From an uncultured Chloroflexia bacterium (GTDB lineage Bacteria > Chloroflexota > Anaerolineae > B4-G1 > SLSP01), in contig CAVVUS010000032.1 of NCBI GenBank assembly GCA_963751345.1, positions 26,271 through 90,270 of the forward strand: a stretch of 64,000 nt of DNA. The letters are read 5' to 3'. Position numbers and translations under genes: made by a program. The notes under the pieces were generated by a model. That model was not told the DNA's origin. It saw only the letters and a list, made by a program, of their open reading frames with translations, and did not search any database. Positions 30,640-42,866 of the stretch are shown piece by piece (the first letter of the stretch is position 1; each line of letters starts with the position of its first letter).

Positions 30640-33561
30640 TCACGCCCCCCAGAACCACGACGGCTCCTCGTCCTCGTCGCCGTCGGGAGACCCGAGCCAA
30701 TCATCGTCTTCCGACATCCCGCCCATACCCAGCGAGGCGACCGACTGCCCGGCCAACCACCGCGCCGCCACCTGCGGGAGGGCGGCCCGCCCGCCGAGAT
30801 GGATCCGCGGGTCGGGCAGCGAGTCAAGGAATCGGTGCCCGTACGACTTCGTGAGCAGCCGCCGGTCCAGCGCCACGGCGATGCCCTGGTCGGCTGCCGT
30901 GCGGATCAGGCGACCGAATCCCTGCAGGAAGCGCAGTACGGCCTCCGGCACCATGAAGTCGTTGAACGGGTCGGCGTATAGCCCCGCCCGCGCGGACACG
31001 ATCGGGTCGTCCGGGACGTCAAACGGCAGCTTGACGATCACCAGGCACGAGAGGGCCTCGCCGGCCACATCGACCCCCTCCCAGAAGGAGCGGGTGCCCA
31101 ACAGCACGACGCGCTCGCCGGTCCGGAAGCTCTCCAATAGCTGCGCGCGCGACGTGCCCGTGCCCTGTGCCAGGACCGTGATCCCCTCGCGCGCCAGCGG
31201 GGTTGTGATGGCCTCTGTGGTCGCCCGCAGTTGGCTGTACGACGTGAACAGCGCCAACGCCCGCCCCTTCGTCGCCCGGAACAGATCGATCATCGTGTCG
31301 TCTACGGTCCTCTGGTAGCCGGGCGTACTCGGCTCCGGCACGTCCGTGACCACGTAGAGCAGCGCGACCGATGGGTAATCGAACGGCGAGCCAAGCGCCA
31401 GCTCCGCAGCCTCCGGGTCGACGCCGAGCCGCTCGCGCATGTAGTCGAAACTGCCCTCAATCCGCAGCGTCGCCGACGTGAGGATGACCGACCGCTTCTT
31501 GGCGAAGAGGTTCTCCTGGATGAGCGGTCCTACCTGCAGGGGCACGACGTTCAGCATCAGCGGGCCGCGGTTCCGGATCTCGAACCAACTGATGGCGTTG
31601 GCATTCGGCTCCGCAATCAGTTGCTTGAGTTGTCCGTGCGCTTCCGATAGAAGCCGCGTGATCCCCAGCAGCCGCACCCGCGCGCGCTCCAGTTCGGGCA
31701 GCTCGACGTCGACCGCGGCCTCCAGCCCGTCGCCCAACTGCCCAAGCCCATCGACCAGGGTCGCGAAATGCGGCGCGGTCTGCGACCAGAGGAGCAGCAG
31801 GTTGTCCCACACGGCATCCTGGCGCAGATCGTCCCCCACCCTCAGCCGGGCGCTGTACGCGCCGCCCCGCCCGACGCGTGACTCCACCAGTGACTCGATC
31901 TCGGTGAAGAGCGTTTCGAGGTCCCGCTGGGTGCGCTCGGCTGCCACCGCCAACTGGACCAGCACCTCGCGCACGCGCATCGCGCCGTTCCTCGGCAGCG
32001 CATCCACGGAGCCGGCGATCTCATCGAGCAGGCCTGAATAGTTGCGGCTGGGCCGGAGCAGGCTGTCGAAGGCGCCCGCCAGGTCTTGCCAGGCCAGGGC
32101 ATATCGCAAAGACTCCGTCGCGGCCCGTTCCAGGTGATGCGCCTCGTCCACGATCAGCAGATCGTAATCCGGGAGCACCCGGTTCTGCGTCGCAACGTCG
32201 GCCAGCAGCAGCGCGTGGTTGACGACGACGACGTGTGCGCCCTCGGCCTTTGCCCGCGCCCGGAAGAAGAAGCACGTGTCATTCATGAAGAAGGGGCAGT
32301 TGTCGGGATCGCATGCCTCGGTCGCCGCGGAGATCGACTGCCACACCTGGCGTTCGCCCGGCGTCGGGATAAAGAGCTCATCCCCGTCGCCATCGAGGGT
32401 GTTGGGCAGCCAGAGCAGGACCTTCGCCAGAACCCGCATCTCGTCGTCGGTCACGGGCCCTCGCCGGCGGAGCGTCTCGAACTGCTGGCGGCAGAGATAG
32501 TGCGCGCGGCCCTTGAGGATCTGCGAGCGAAACTCGTAGAGCGTCTCGGCCAACTGCGGGATGTCCTTGTGGGCGAGCTGCTCCTGCAGGTTGATCGTGT
32601 TTGTCGAGATCACCACCCGCTGCTGGTTCATCACGGCCCACTCGACGGCAGGCAACAGATAGGCCAGCGACTTGCCCGTCCCCGTGCCTGCCTCCACCAG
32701 AAGATGCTCCCCACGATTGAAGGCCTCGCCAACCGCCTGCATCATCTCGACCTGCTGATCCCGGTACTCATACGTCGGATACGCAAGGGCGATGTCGCCG
32801 TCAGGTTCGAGCAGCGACGTCAGCGCTACCATATCAATCGGATGCGGATCCTGCCGAGGACGAAGCGGCGGCGGAATCTCCTCCTCCTGCACAAAGAGAG
32901 GGCCCGCCGCGTCCACGCCCATCCGTGCCGCGAGCTGCGCGCCGATCGCTCCCTGGAATCCCTGGCGTTGGCGCGCATAGAGCGCATCGCTGAAGAACTG
33001 CACCGGACCCCAATTCACGCGTCGGCCCAGCCGGATCAGCTCCTGCAGCGTATCCTGGGGCAACTGCACCGCCCGGTCCATCAGCGTCCTGAAAAGCGCG
33101 TGGGTCATCACCGCGTCATCCAGCGCGCGGTGTGTCTGCTCGGGCAAATCGATCCCCAGCTCATCGACGAGGTTGGCCAGGCTGTAGCGCGTCGCGTGAG
33201 GCACCAGGATGCCCGCGATCTCAAACGTGTCGACCGCTACATTGCTCCCAAGGACCCGGTAGCGCCGCAGAAACCCGAGATCGAACCCCACGTTGTGGCC
33301 GACGACGGGGTCGCGTCCGACGAAATTGGCCACCTGCCGGCTCGCCGTGTGCCCGTCGATCGCGGCTGCGACATCTTCGTCGCGGATGCCGGTCAGCTCC
33401 GTGATGAATGGGGGGATCTTGCGCCCGGGGTTGACGAACGTCGAGAAACGCTCAAGCACGCGGTCCTGATCGAAGCGCACCGCGCCGATCTCGATGATCG
33501 CGTCACGGGTGGCGTCCAGGCCGGTGGTCTCCAAGTCCAGGGCAACGTACGTCTTCGGCAT
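30640..33561 (-). CDS. dinG: DnaQ-family exonuclease / DinG helicase fusion
   Basis: DLETTG, HNVGFD, HRALDDA; EAGTGTGKS, DEAH, SATL, FWEGVD, QGFGRLIR. Confidence 0.93.
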   Translation of the reverse strand: MPKTYVALDLETTGLDATRDAIIEIGAVRFDQDRVLERFSTFVNPGRKIPPFITELTGIRDEDVAAAIDGHTASRQVANFVGRDPVVGHNVGFDLGFLRRYRVLGSNVAVDTFEIAGILVPHATRYSLANLVDELGIDLPEQTHRALDDAVMTHALFRTLMDRAVQLPQDTLQELIRLGRRVNWGPVQFFSDALYARQRQGFQGAIGAQLAARMGVDAAGPLFVQEEEIPPPLRPRQDPHPIDMVALTSLLEPDGDIALAYPTYEYRDQQVEMMQAVGEAFNRGEHLLVEAGTGTGKSLAYLLPAVEWAVMNQQRVVISTNTINLQEQLAHKDIPQLAETLYEFRSQILKGRAHYLCRQQFETLRRRGPVTDDEMRVLAKVLLWLPNTLDGDGDELFIPTPGERQVWQSISAATEACDPDNCPFFMNDTCFFFRARAKAEGAHVVVVNHALLLADVATQNRVLPDYDLLIVDEAHHLERAATESLRYALAWQDLAGAFDSLLRPSRNYSGLLDEIAGSVDALPRNGAMRVREVLVQLAVAAERTQRDLETLFTEIESLVESRVGRGGAYSARLRVGDDLRQDAVWDNLLLLWSQTAPHFATLVDGLGQLGDGLEAAVDVELPELERARVRLLGITRLLSEAHGQLKQLIAEPNANAISWFEIRNRGPLMLNVVPLQVGPLIQENLFAKKRSVILTSATLRIEGSFDYMRERLGVDPEAAELALGSPFDYPSVALLYVVTDVPEPSTPGYQRTVDDTMIDLFRATKGRALALFTSYSQLRATTEAITTPLAREGITVLAQGTGTSRAQLLESFRTGERVVLLGTRSFWEGVDVAGEALSCLVIVKLPFDVPDDPIVSARAGLYADPFNDFMVPEAVLRFLQGFGRLIRTAADQGIAVALDRRLLTKSYGHRFLDSLPDPRIHLGGRAALPQVAARWLAGQSVASLGMGGMSEDDDWLGSPDGDEDEEPSWFWGA

Positions 33562-33810
33562 GCAGGTCCTTTCCGAAATGAGCAGCCGCCATTATACATT
33601 ACTTGCACCGAAAACGGCATTTTCCCACTTGACACAAGTGTGTGCCGGCCTGGGGGCAACGACAGCAGTTTTGGCCCGGACATGCGCGCAAGGCAAGCCA
33701 CCGACAGGGCCAAAACTGCCAGGGCGTATTTCAGAACGGGCAATGTCTATGAGGTTGCGACCAACAACACCCTCTCCCAATAGCTTTGCCTCCGTTCTGA
33801 AATACGCACC

Positions 33811-33839
33811 TTGACACATCGCCCACACCGTGGCATTAT
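33811..33839 (+). promoter_or_regulatory. Sigma-70 promoter of the cbiMQO operon
   Basis: TTGACA-17 bp-CATTAT with a TG extension. Confidence 0.65.
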
Positions 33840-33857
33840 TGCGACCAGTTGCAATAA
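33836..33857. promoter_or_regulatory. Fur/Zur-like operator palindrome TTATTGCGAC-CA-GTTGCAATAA
   Basis: Arms match at 9 of 10 positions; AT-rich; overlaps the -10 box and likely TSS of a metal transporter. Confidence 0.7.
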
Positions 33858-33876
33858 CAACAGGAGGCTCTCGTCG

Positions 33877-34828
33877 ATGCTGCTTTCGCCCGTCGCCATG
33901 CATATTCCCGATGGATTCCTCTCCGTCCTCGTCGCCATCATCGCGTGGATGATCTCGCTCCTCGTCGTGGGGTACGCACTCAAGCGCGTCAGCGCGGATC
34001 TGGGCGAGCGCCAGGTGCCGCTGATGGGCGTCCTCGCCGCCGCGGTCTTCGCGGGCCAGATGCTCAACTTCACCGTCACGGGTGGCACGTCAGGTCACCT
34101 CATCGGCGCCGCGCTCGTCACGGCGCTGCTCGGTCCCTGGGCCGGCATCCTCGTGATGACCTGCGTCGTCGGCGTCCAGGCCCTCATCTTCCAGGATGGC
34201 GGCTTGCTGACCCTCGGCGCAAACCTCTTGAATATGGCCGTCATCAGCGTCGCCGTCGCGTACTTCACCTACCGCTCGTTGAGGCGTTTGGCCGGGAACA
34301 GGTCCTGGGGCACCGCCGTGGCCGGATTTGGCGCGGGTTGGCTCTCGGTCTTCATCGCCGCGCTGGCGTGTGCCCTTGAGCTTGCGCTCTCCGCGCACCT
34401 CGCCCGCGAACGTCGCGGTTCCGGCTATGGCCGGGATCCACGCGTTGATCGGCATCGGTGAGGGGCTGATCACCGCCGGCGCGCTCGCCTTCGTGCGGAC
34501 CGCCAGGCCGGAGCTGCTGGCGGAGGGCTCGAAGGCCGCCGCCGGCAAAGCCGTCTGGATCGGAGGACTCGCCATCGCCGTGCTGCTGGCCGTCCTCTCG
34601 CCGCTGGCCTCCGCCCATCCCGACGGGCTCGAATGGGTCGCCGAGCAGCAGGGGTTCCTGGACCTGGCCCGCGGTCCGCTCTACGGCATCATCCCGGACT
34701 ACGCGGTGCCCGGCCTCTCCAACGAGGCGCTGGCCACCGTCCTCGCGGGTATTGTCGGCGTCGCCATCGTCTTCGGGGCTGCCCTCGGGGTTGCCTACCT
34801 ACGCAAGCGCCGCACCCCGGCGCTGTAG
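33877..34828 (+). CDS. cbiM: ECF transporter S component CbiM/NikM fused to a PDGLE (NikN-like) domain; frameshift near 34395
   Basis: [21 protein letters not shown]...GAN; ASAHPDGLE and IPDY. Confidence 0.9.
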
Positions 34829-34848
34829 CGTGCAAAATGCACTTTCCG

Positions 34849-34899
34849 AGACCTTTGGGGCCAAGCCCGAGTCTGCTCGGGCCGAAACCCCAAAGGTCT
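34849..34899. repeat. AGACCTTTGGGG...CCCCAAAGGTCT element (intergenic)
   Basis: Inverted arms identical to the other copies. Confidence 0.8.
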
Positions 34900-34914
34900 T
34901 CCGCGGTTTGCCCC

Positions 34915-35712
34915 ATGACCTACGCCAACCTTGACCCATACCTCGCCGGTTCGAGCCTGATTCACGGGCTCGACGCTCGCCCCAAGGTGGTCGTCACGCT
35001 GGCCTACATCCTCACGACCGCGCTGGTGCCGTTCGGCGCGTGGCCGATCCTCATCCTACTGCTGGCCCTTGCCGTGAGTGCAGCGGTGATGGCCGAGCTA
35101 CCGGCCCGCCGCGTCTTGGCCCGCGTCGCGCTCGCCATCCCCTTCGCGCTCGCTGCCGTCCCTCTGGCCTTCACGACGCCGGGCGCGCCGCTCTGGCGGC
35201 TGCCGTGGGGATGGACGATCACGGCGCAAGGGCTCTCCAACGCCGCGTCCATCGCCGTGAAATCCGCGCTCTCCGTCCAGGCCTCGGTCGTGTTGACGGC
35301 GACCACGCCGATGGCCCGCATGCTCGTCGCCCTGCGCAGCCTGGGCGTCCCGCGCCTCATCGTCTCGACCCTCGGCCTGATGTGGCGCTATCTCTTCGTC
35401 CTCGTCGACGAGGCGCGTCGGCTCATACGGGCTCGAGCAGCGCGCAGCGGCCTGGATCCCGCGGTCAGGGCCAGGCCAGGGGGCAGCCTCCGTTGGCGCG
35501 CCGCCGTGACCGGCGGCATGGCCGGCAACCTCTTCCTGCGTGGGCTGGAGCGTGCCGACCGCACCTACGCCGCCATGTGTGCGCGCGGCTATGACGGCGA
35601 GCCCCGCACCCTCCCGGTGCCCCCACTCAAGCCGTCCCTGCGCGTCGCGACCGTGATCGCCTGCGTTGGCCTTGCCCTGCTCGCTGTAGCGGGAGGGCTT
35701 CTGTGGGGATGA
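34915..35712 (+). CDS. cbiQ: ECF transporter T component CbiQ
   Basis: IHGLDARPK, MWRYLFV, AAR, AMCARGYDG. Confidence 0.88.
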   Translation: MTYANLDPYLAGSSLIHGLDARPKVVVTLAYILTTALVPFGAWPILILLLALAVSAAVMAELPARRVLARVALAIPFALAAVPLAFTTPGAPLWRLPWGWTITAQGLSNAASIAVKSALSVQASVVLTATTPMARMLVALRSLGVPRLIVSTLGLMWRYLFVLVDEARRLIRARAARSGLDPAVRARPGGSLRWRAAVTGGMAGNLFLRGLERADRTYAAMCARGYDGEPRTLPVPPLKPSLRVATVIACVGLALLAVAGGLLWG

Positions 35713-35761
35713 GAAACCCGGCATGTGTGGCGCACCATTTCCGGCGGATACACCCCTATTC

Positions 35762-35907
35762 TCAGTAAACCTGATTCTTGGAAGCTGTCATCCTGAACGT
35801 GCCCCACGCTGCGTGGGGACGTGAAGGATCTGTGCCTTGCGGGACTGAGATCCCTCGCCTGCGGCTGAAGATGACAATTGCAGCCTTCAGCTTAACGAAG
35901 CACTATA
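35762..35907. repeat. ~150-bp element with core TGTCATCCTG...GAAGGATCT...AGATCCCTCGCCTGCGGCT...ATGACA
   Basis: Close copy, including flanks, at 63744-63888. Confidence 0.8.
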
Positions 35908-36016
35908 CCAGTTCCGAGCGGATCTGTGATCCGCGGGCTAGACGAATGGCCCCTGCGGATCACAGATCCGCCTGCTACCCATCCACAAGGAAGTCTGTCG
36001 CCAGAGGCGTCGCTAC

Positions 36017-36728
36017 ATGCACCATAACACCATAGAGATCACCGGTCTTAGCTACAACTACCCGGATGGCCGCCAAGCCCTCACGGACATCTCCCTCAAG
36101 ATCGAGGCCGGCGAGAAAGTCGCCCTGATCGGCCCCAACGGTGCCGGCAAGTCCACCCTGCTTCTCCACCTCAACGGCCTGCTGCTGTCGCAGCGAGGTC
36201 AGGTCGACGCCTGTGGGTTGGCCGTCGACGAGAAGCACCTGGGCGCCGTCCGCGCCGCCGTCGGCCTCGTCTTCCAGGATCCCAATGACCAACTCTTCTC
36301 CCCCACCGTCTTCGACGACGTCGCCTTTGGCCCCATCTACCAGGGCCACCCGGCCGATGAGGTGCAGCGCCGTGTCGACCGAGGCCCTCACAGCGGTAGG
36401 GATGGAGGACTACGTCTCCCGCGCGAGCTACCACCTCAGCCTGGGCGAGAAAAAGCGCATCGCCATCGCCACCGTGCTCACCATGCTGCCCGAGATCCTG
36501 GTGCTCGACGAGCCCTCCGCGGGTCTCGACCCCCGCGCCCGCCGCGAGCTCATCGAGCTGCTCCACAGCCTCCAGCCGACCGAGCTCATCGCCACCCACG
36601 ACCTCGCCCTCGTCCGCGATCTCTGCACCCGTACGATCATCATGGACCGGGGTCGTATCGTCGCCGATGGCCCCACAGACGAGCTGCTCGTCGACGAGGC
36701 GCTGCTCCTGGCCCACGGGTTGGCGTGA
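36017..36728 (+). CDS. cbiO: ECF transporter ATPase CbiO; frameshift near 36378
   Basis: GPNGAGKST, VFQDPNDQLF, LSLGEKKR, LDEP. Confidence 0.9.
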
Positions 36729-36839
36729 CCGGGTGGTGCTGCTTTGCCCCCTCCGGGGGCAGACGGCAACGGGGCTCTGCTACCCAACCACCCAGCATCT
36801 CCTATAATCAGCGCATAAGTCGTATCCCAGGAGGCTCGA

Positions 36840-38566
36840 ATGGACCGTGACACACTCTCCCATCTCCTGGCCGTCGCCCGGGGCGACGAGCCGGCCGACC
36901 TATTGCTCGCTGGCGGGCGCATTGTCAACGTCTTCACCGGCGAGGTCCTCGACGTTCAGGTCGCCATTGCGGGCGACACGATCGCAGCCGTCGGGAACGG
37001 CTACACCGGCAAACAGACGATCGACCTCGACGGCGCGATCGTCGTCCCCGGCCTGATCGACGCCCACGTCCACGTCGAGTCCTCGATGTGCAGCCCGGTA
37101 GAGTTCGCCCGCGCGGTGCTGCCCCACGGCGTCACCACCGTCGTCACCGACCCCCACGAGATTGCCAACGTCGCCGGGGCCGCGGGCATCCGTTTCATGC
37201 TCGACGCCTCGCGCGGCCTCCCGCTCACGATCTTCGTCAACCTCCCCTCGTGCGTTCCCGCAACACACATGGGCACCGCCGGCGCCGCCCTCGAGGCCGA
37301 GGACCTGATCGAGCTGAAGGATCTGGACCGGGTGATCGGGCTGGCCGAGTTCATGAATGTACCCGGCGCCGTTCTCGGTCTGCCCGGTGCCATCGACAAG
37401 CTTCTGGCCTTCCAGGATCGCCACATCGACGGGCACGCGCCGGGGATCACCGGGAGTTGGCTGCAAGCCTACGTCGCAGCCGGCCCCTCGACCGACCACG
37501 AGAGCACCACCCCCGAGGAAGCGCTGGAGAAGGTGCGACTCGGGATGACCGTGCTGATGCGGGAAGCCACCTCCGCGCGCAACCTGCTCGATCTGCTGCC
37601 CGCGGTCACGCCCCAGAACGCCCGGCGCTTCGCCTTTGCCACCGACGACCGCCACCCGGCCGACCTGATCGACCATGGTAGCATCGACCACCACATCCGC
37701 CTGACCGTGGCCGCCGGACTCGACCCGCTGACCGCGGTGCGCCTGGCCACGCTCAACGCTGCCGAGACCTTTGGGCTGCCGGATAGGGGCGCCATCGCGC
37801 CCGGACGCCGCGCTGACCTCGTCGTCACGCCGTCGCTGGAGGATTTCCGGGCCACCCTGGTCATCGCGGGTGGCGAGATCGTCGCCGAGGACGGCGCGCT
37901 GACCGCGGGCGCTGCATCAGCCGGACGCCGACCTGACCGCCGTCTGGCACCGCGTCGACGATCGACCCCGACGCGCTTTCGTTCCGCATTCCGGCCGCGG
38001 GCACGCGCCTGCGCGTGATCGGCGTCATGCCCGACCAGCTCGTCACCGAGACCCGCATCCTCGACGCGCGCATCGTCAACGGCGAGGCCGTGGTCGACCT
38101 CGACCGCGACCTGCTCAAGATCGCCACCATCGAGCGCCACCGCGGCACCGGCAACGTCGGCCTCGGCTTTGCCCAGGGTCTCGGGCTCAAGGCCGGCGCC
38201 ATCGCGGGCACCGTCGCCCACGACTGCCACAACATCGTCGTCGCCGGCGTCAGCGACGACGAGATGCGCGCCGCCGTGCAAGCCGTCAAGGACCTTGGCG
38301 GCGGCCTCGTCGCCGTCCTCAACGGCGAGCTCCTCGCTGCCGTCCCGCTGCCCATCGGCGGCCTGATGTCCGACCAGCCGGTCGAGACCGTCCGCCGCCA
38401 GATGGACGGCCTCCTCGCCGCCGTGCGTGCCCTCGGGTCGCCACTTCACGACCCCCTGATGCAGCTCGGCTTTCTCGCGCTGGAGGTCATCCCGCACCTC
38501 AAACTCACCGACCAGGGCCTCGTCGACGTCGACGCCTTCGACTTCGTGGATCTCTGGATGGCCTGA
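36840..38566 (+). CDS. ade: Adenine deaminase; frameshift near 37920-37980
   Basis: DAHVHVESSM, DPHEIANV, DGHAP, DHE, TDDRH, VAHDCHN, LEVIP.LKLTD.GL. Confidence 0.93.
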
Positions 38567-38603
38567 CCGAATGACGTTACAGTGTGCCGTGTGCACTTAG
38601 GGA

Positions 38604-38631
38604 TTGACGCAACACGGCAGCCCCGTATACT
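38604..38631 (+). promoter_or_regulatory. Promoter of the MNT-HEPN operon, probably leaderless
   Basis: TTGACG-16 bp-TATACT; ATG 6 nt downstream; no SD. Confidence 0.6.
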
Positions 38632-38637
38632 GCAGAT

Positions 38638-38940
38638 ATGATACCCATAGAGATTCGGCAAGAGGAGTTGGCGCAATTCTGTCGGGAGAGGCACATCCGG
38701 CGCTTGGCCGTCTATGGCTCGGCGTTGCGCTCGGACTTCCGCCCCGACAGCGACGTCGACATCCTTGTGGAATTCGAGCCGAACCACGTCCCCGGTCTGC
38801 TCGGTATTGCCCGTATGGAGCGTGAGCTATCCGGCTTGTTTGGTGGACGCAAGATCGATCTCCGCACGCCCGAGGATCTCAGCCGCTACTTCCGCAGGCA
38901 AGTGCTGGACGAAGCGGTGGTGCAGTATGCTGAGGGATGA
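38638..38940 (+). CDS. mntA: Minimal nucleotidyltransferase antitoxin (MNT)
   Basis: GS-x10-DVD motif ([16 protein letters not shown]). Confidence 0.88.
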   Translation: MIPIEIRQEELAQFCRERHIRRLAVYGSALRSDFRPDSDVDILVEFEPNHVPGLLGIARMERELSGLFGGRKIDLRTPEDLSRYFRRQVLDEAVVQYAEG

Positions 38941-39272
38941 CGCTATCCGGCTCCGGCACATGCTGGATGCAGCCCGTGAAGCCATCGGCTTTGCACAGAA
39001 TCGGACGCGTGCCGATCTGGACACCGACCGTCAACTCGTTCTCGCGCTCGTAAAGGCGATCGAGATCGTAGGTGAGGCCGCTTCTAGGGTCACACCGCCT
39101 ACCAGACAGCGGCTTCCGGAAATCCCCTGGAACGACATCGTAGGTATGCGACACCGGCTAATTCACGCCTATTACGACATCAACCTAGATATCCTGTGGA
39201 TGAACGATCCAGGACGATCTGCCGCCCCTCGTCGCCGATTTGGAGCGTAACACGCCCACACTCACGAACTAG
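38927..39272 (+). CDS. hepT: HEPN/DUF86 RNase toxin; frameshift near 39200
   Basis: [29 protein letters not shown] (RX4HXY motif). Confidence 0.85.
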
Positions 39273-39307
39273 TGCCCAGCTAAGCTCGTTTCTGGGGTTC
39301 ATCGTAA

Positions 39308-39432
39308 AGCAGCTTTTTCGGCAATAGGTTCCCAAGGCATACGTTCCAGGCGGATCTATGATCCGCCGGCCCTCCGTGCAGACGGCGGATCACAGATCCG
39401 CCTGGAACGAGGCGAAAAACCGTTCCCGAACG
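39308..39432. repeat. REP/MITE-like element, inverse copy of 12281-12405
   Basis: Reverse complement aligns along its length. Confidence 0.8.
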
Positions 39433-39560
39433 GCGCCACTGGTTTCGCACTGGCACCTCTCCAGCCCGGTTGACCGGGCCTATCATTTCAGCCGCGGGAC
39501 TCGTCCCACGGCGGCCGGTCTTCTAGGCGGGCGCCTAGCGGACTAGGCGCACGGCTAGAC

Positions 39561-39615
39561 CTGCTAGCCGCTCGCCTATTCCGATAGCCGCCCGGCTATT
39601 CTGATAGCCGCTCGG

Positions 39616-39632
<17 letters not shown>
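39561..39632. repeat. 20-bp tandem palindromic repeat overlapping the valS stop codon
   Basis: ctgatagccgctcggctat(t/g), about 3.5 copies. Confidence 0.75.
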
Positions 39633-42348
<2,716 letters not shown>

Positions 42349-42414
42349 AAGACCTCCAAACAACAGTTATCGGTTGTCAGTTACAGTTCTCGGTTACAAG
42401 ACTACCGCCAAGTG

Positions 42415-42855
42415 TGGACCGCGGGCGTCTCGCCCATACGCATCAAGCTAAGGACGCCAGGTGGGCGCCAATGCGGACCGCGGGCGTCTCGCCCGCTCCG
42501 GGCGCACCCCAGGCCTGTCAATGTCACTGCGGTCGCGCATGCTACGTCAAGTCGCACGGGTCCCGTGCGATCGTGACCTGGCGCATCCCGTGTCGGCTAG
42601 AGCGGGTCATGCCGGCGGGGGCGAGACGCGCGGTCCAGTAACGGATCGCTCTTTCTCGTCTGCTCCTAGAACGCTGGCGACGGGTTCTGCCCTTAGCTTG
42701 ATGCACATGGGCGTCTCGCCCGCTCTGCGCGCACACAAATGCCCACGACGTGACAACAATCGTCTGCGCACGGTTCCCCGTCGCCAGAGCGGGCGAGACG
42801 CCCGCGATCCGTGCCTCCGCAGTGCCGGGGACTTCAGAAAAGTCCCCGGCACCTC
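42415..42855. repeat. Cluster of GCGGGCGTCTCGCCCGC REP-like palindromes plus a GTGCCGGGGAC hairpin
   Basis: Five copies in alternating orientation near 42420, 42480, 42617, 42709 and 42789. Confidence 0.75.
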
Positions 42856-42866
42856 AAGGCGCATGG

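Noticed and set aside
33600-33870. Cobalamin or NiCo riboswitch before cbiM
   Set aside because: No B12-box or NiCo consensus is seen, and the hairpins lie upstream of the promoter.
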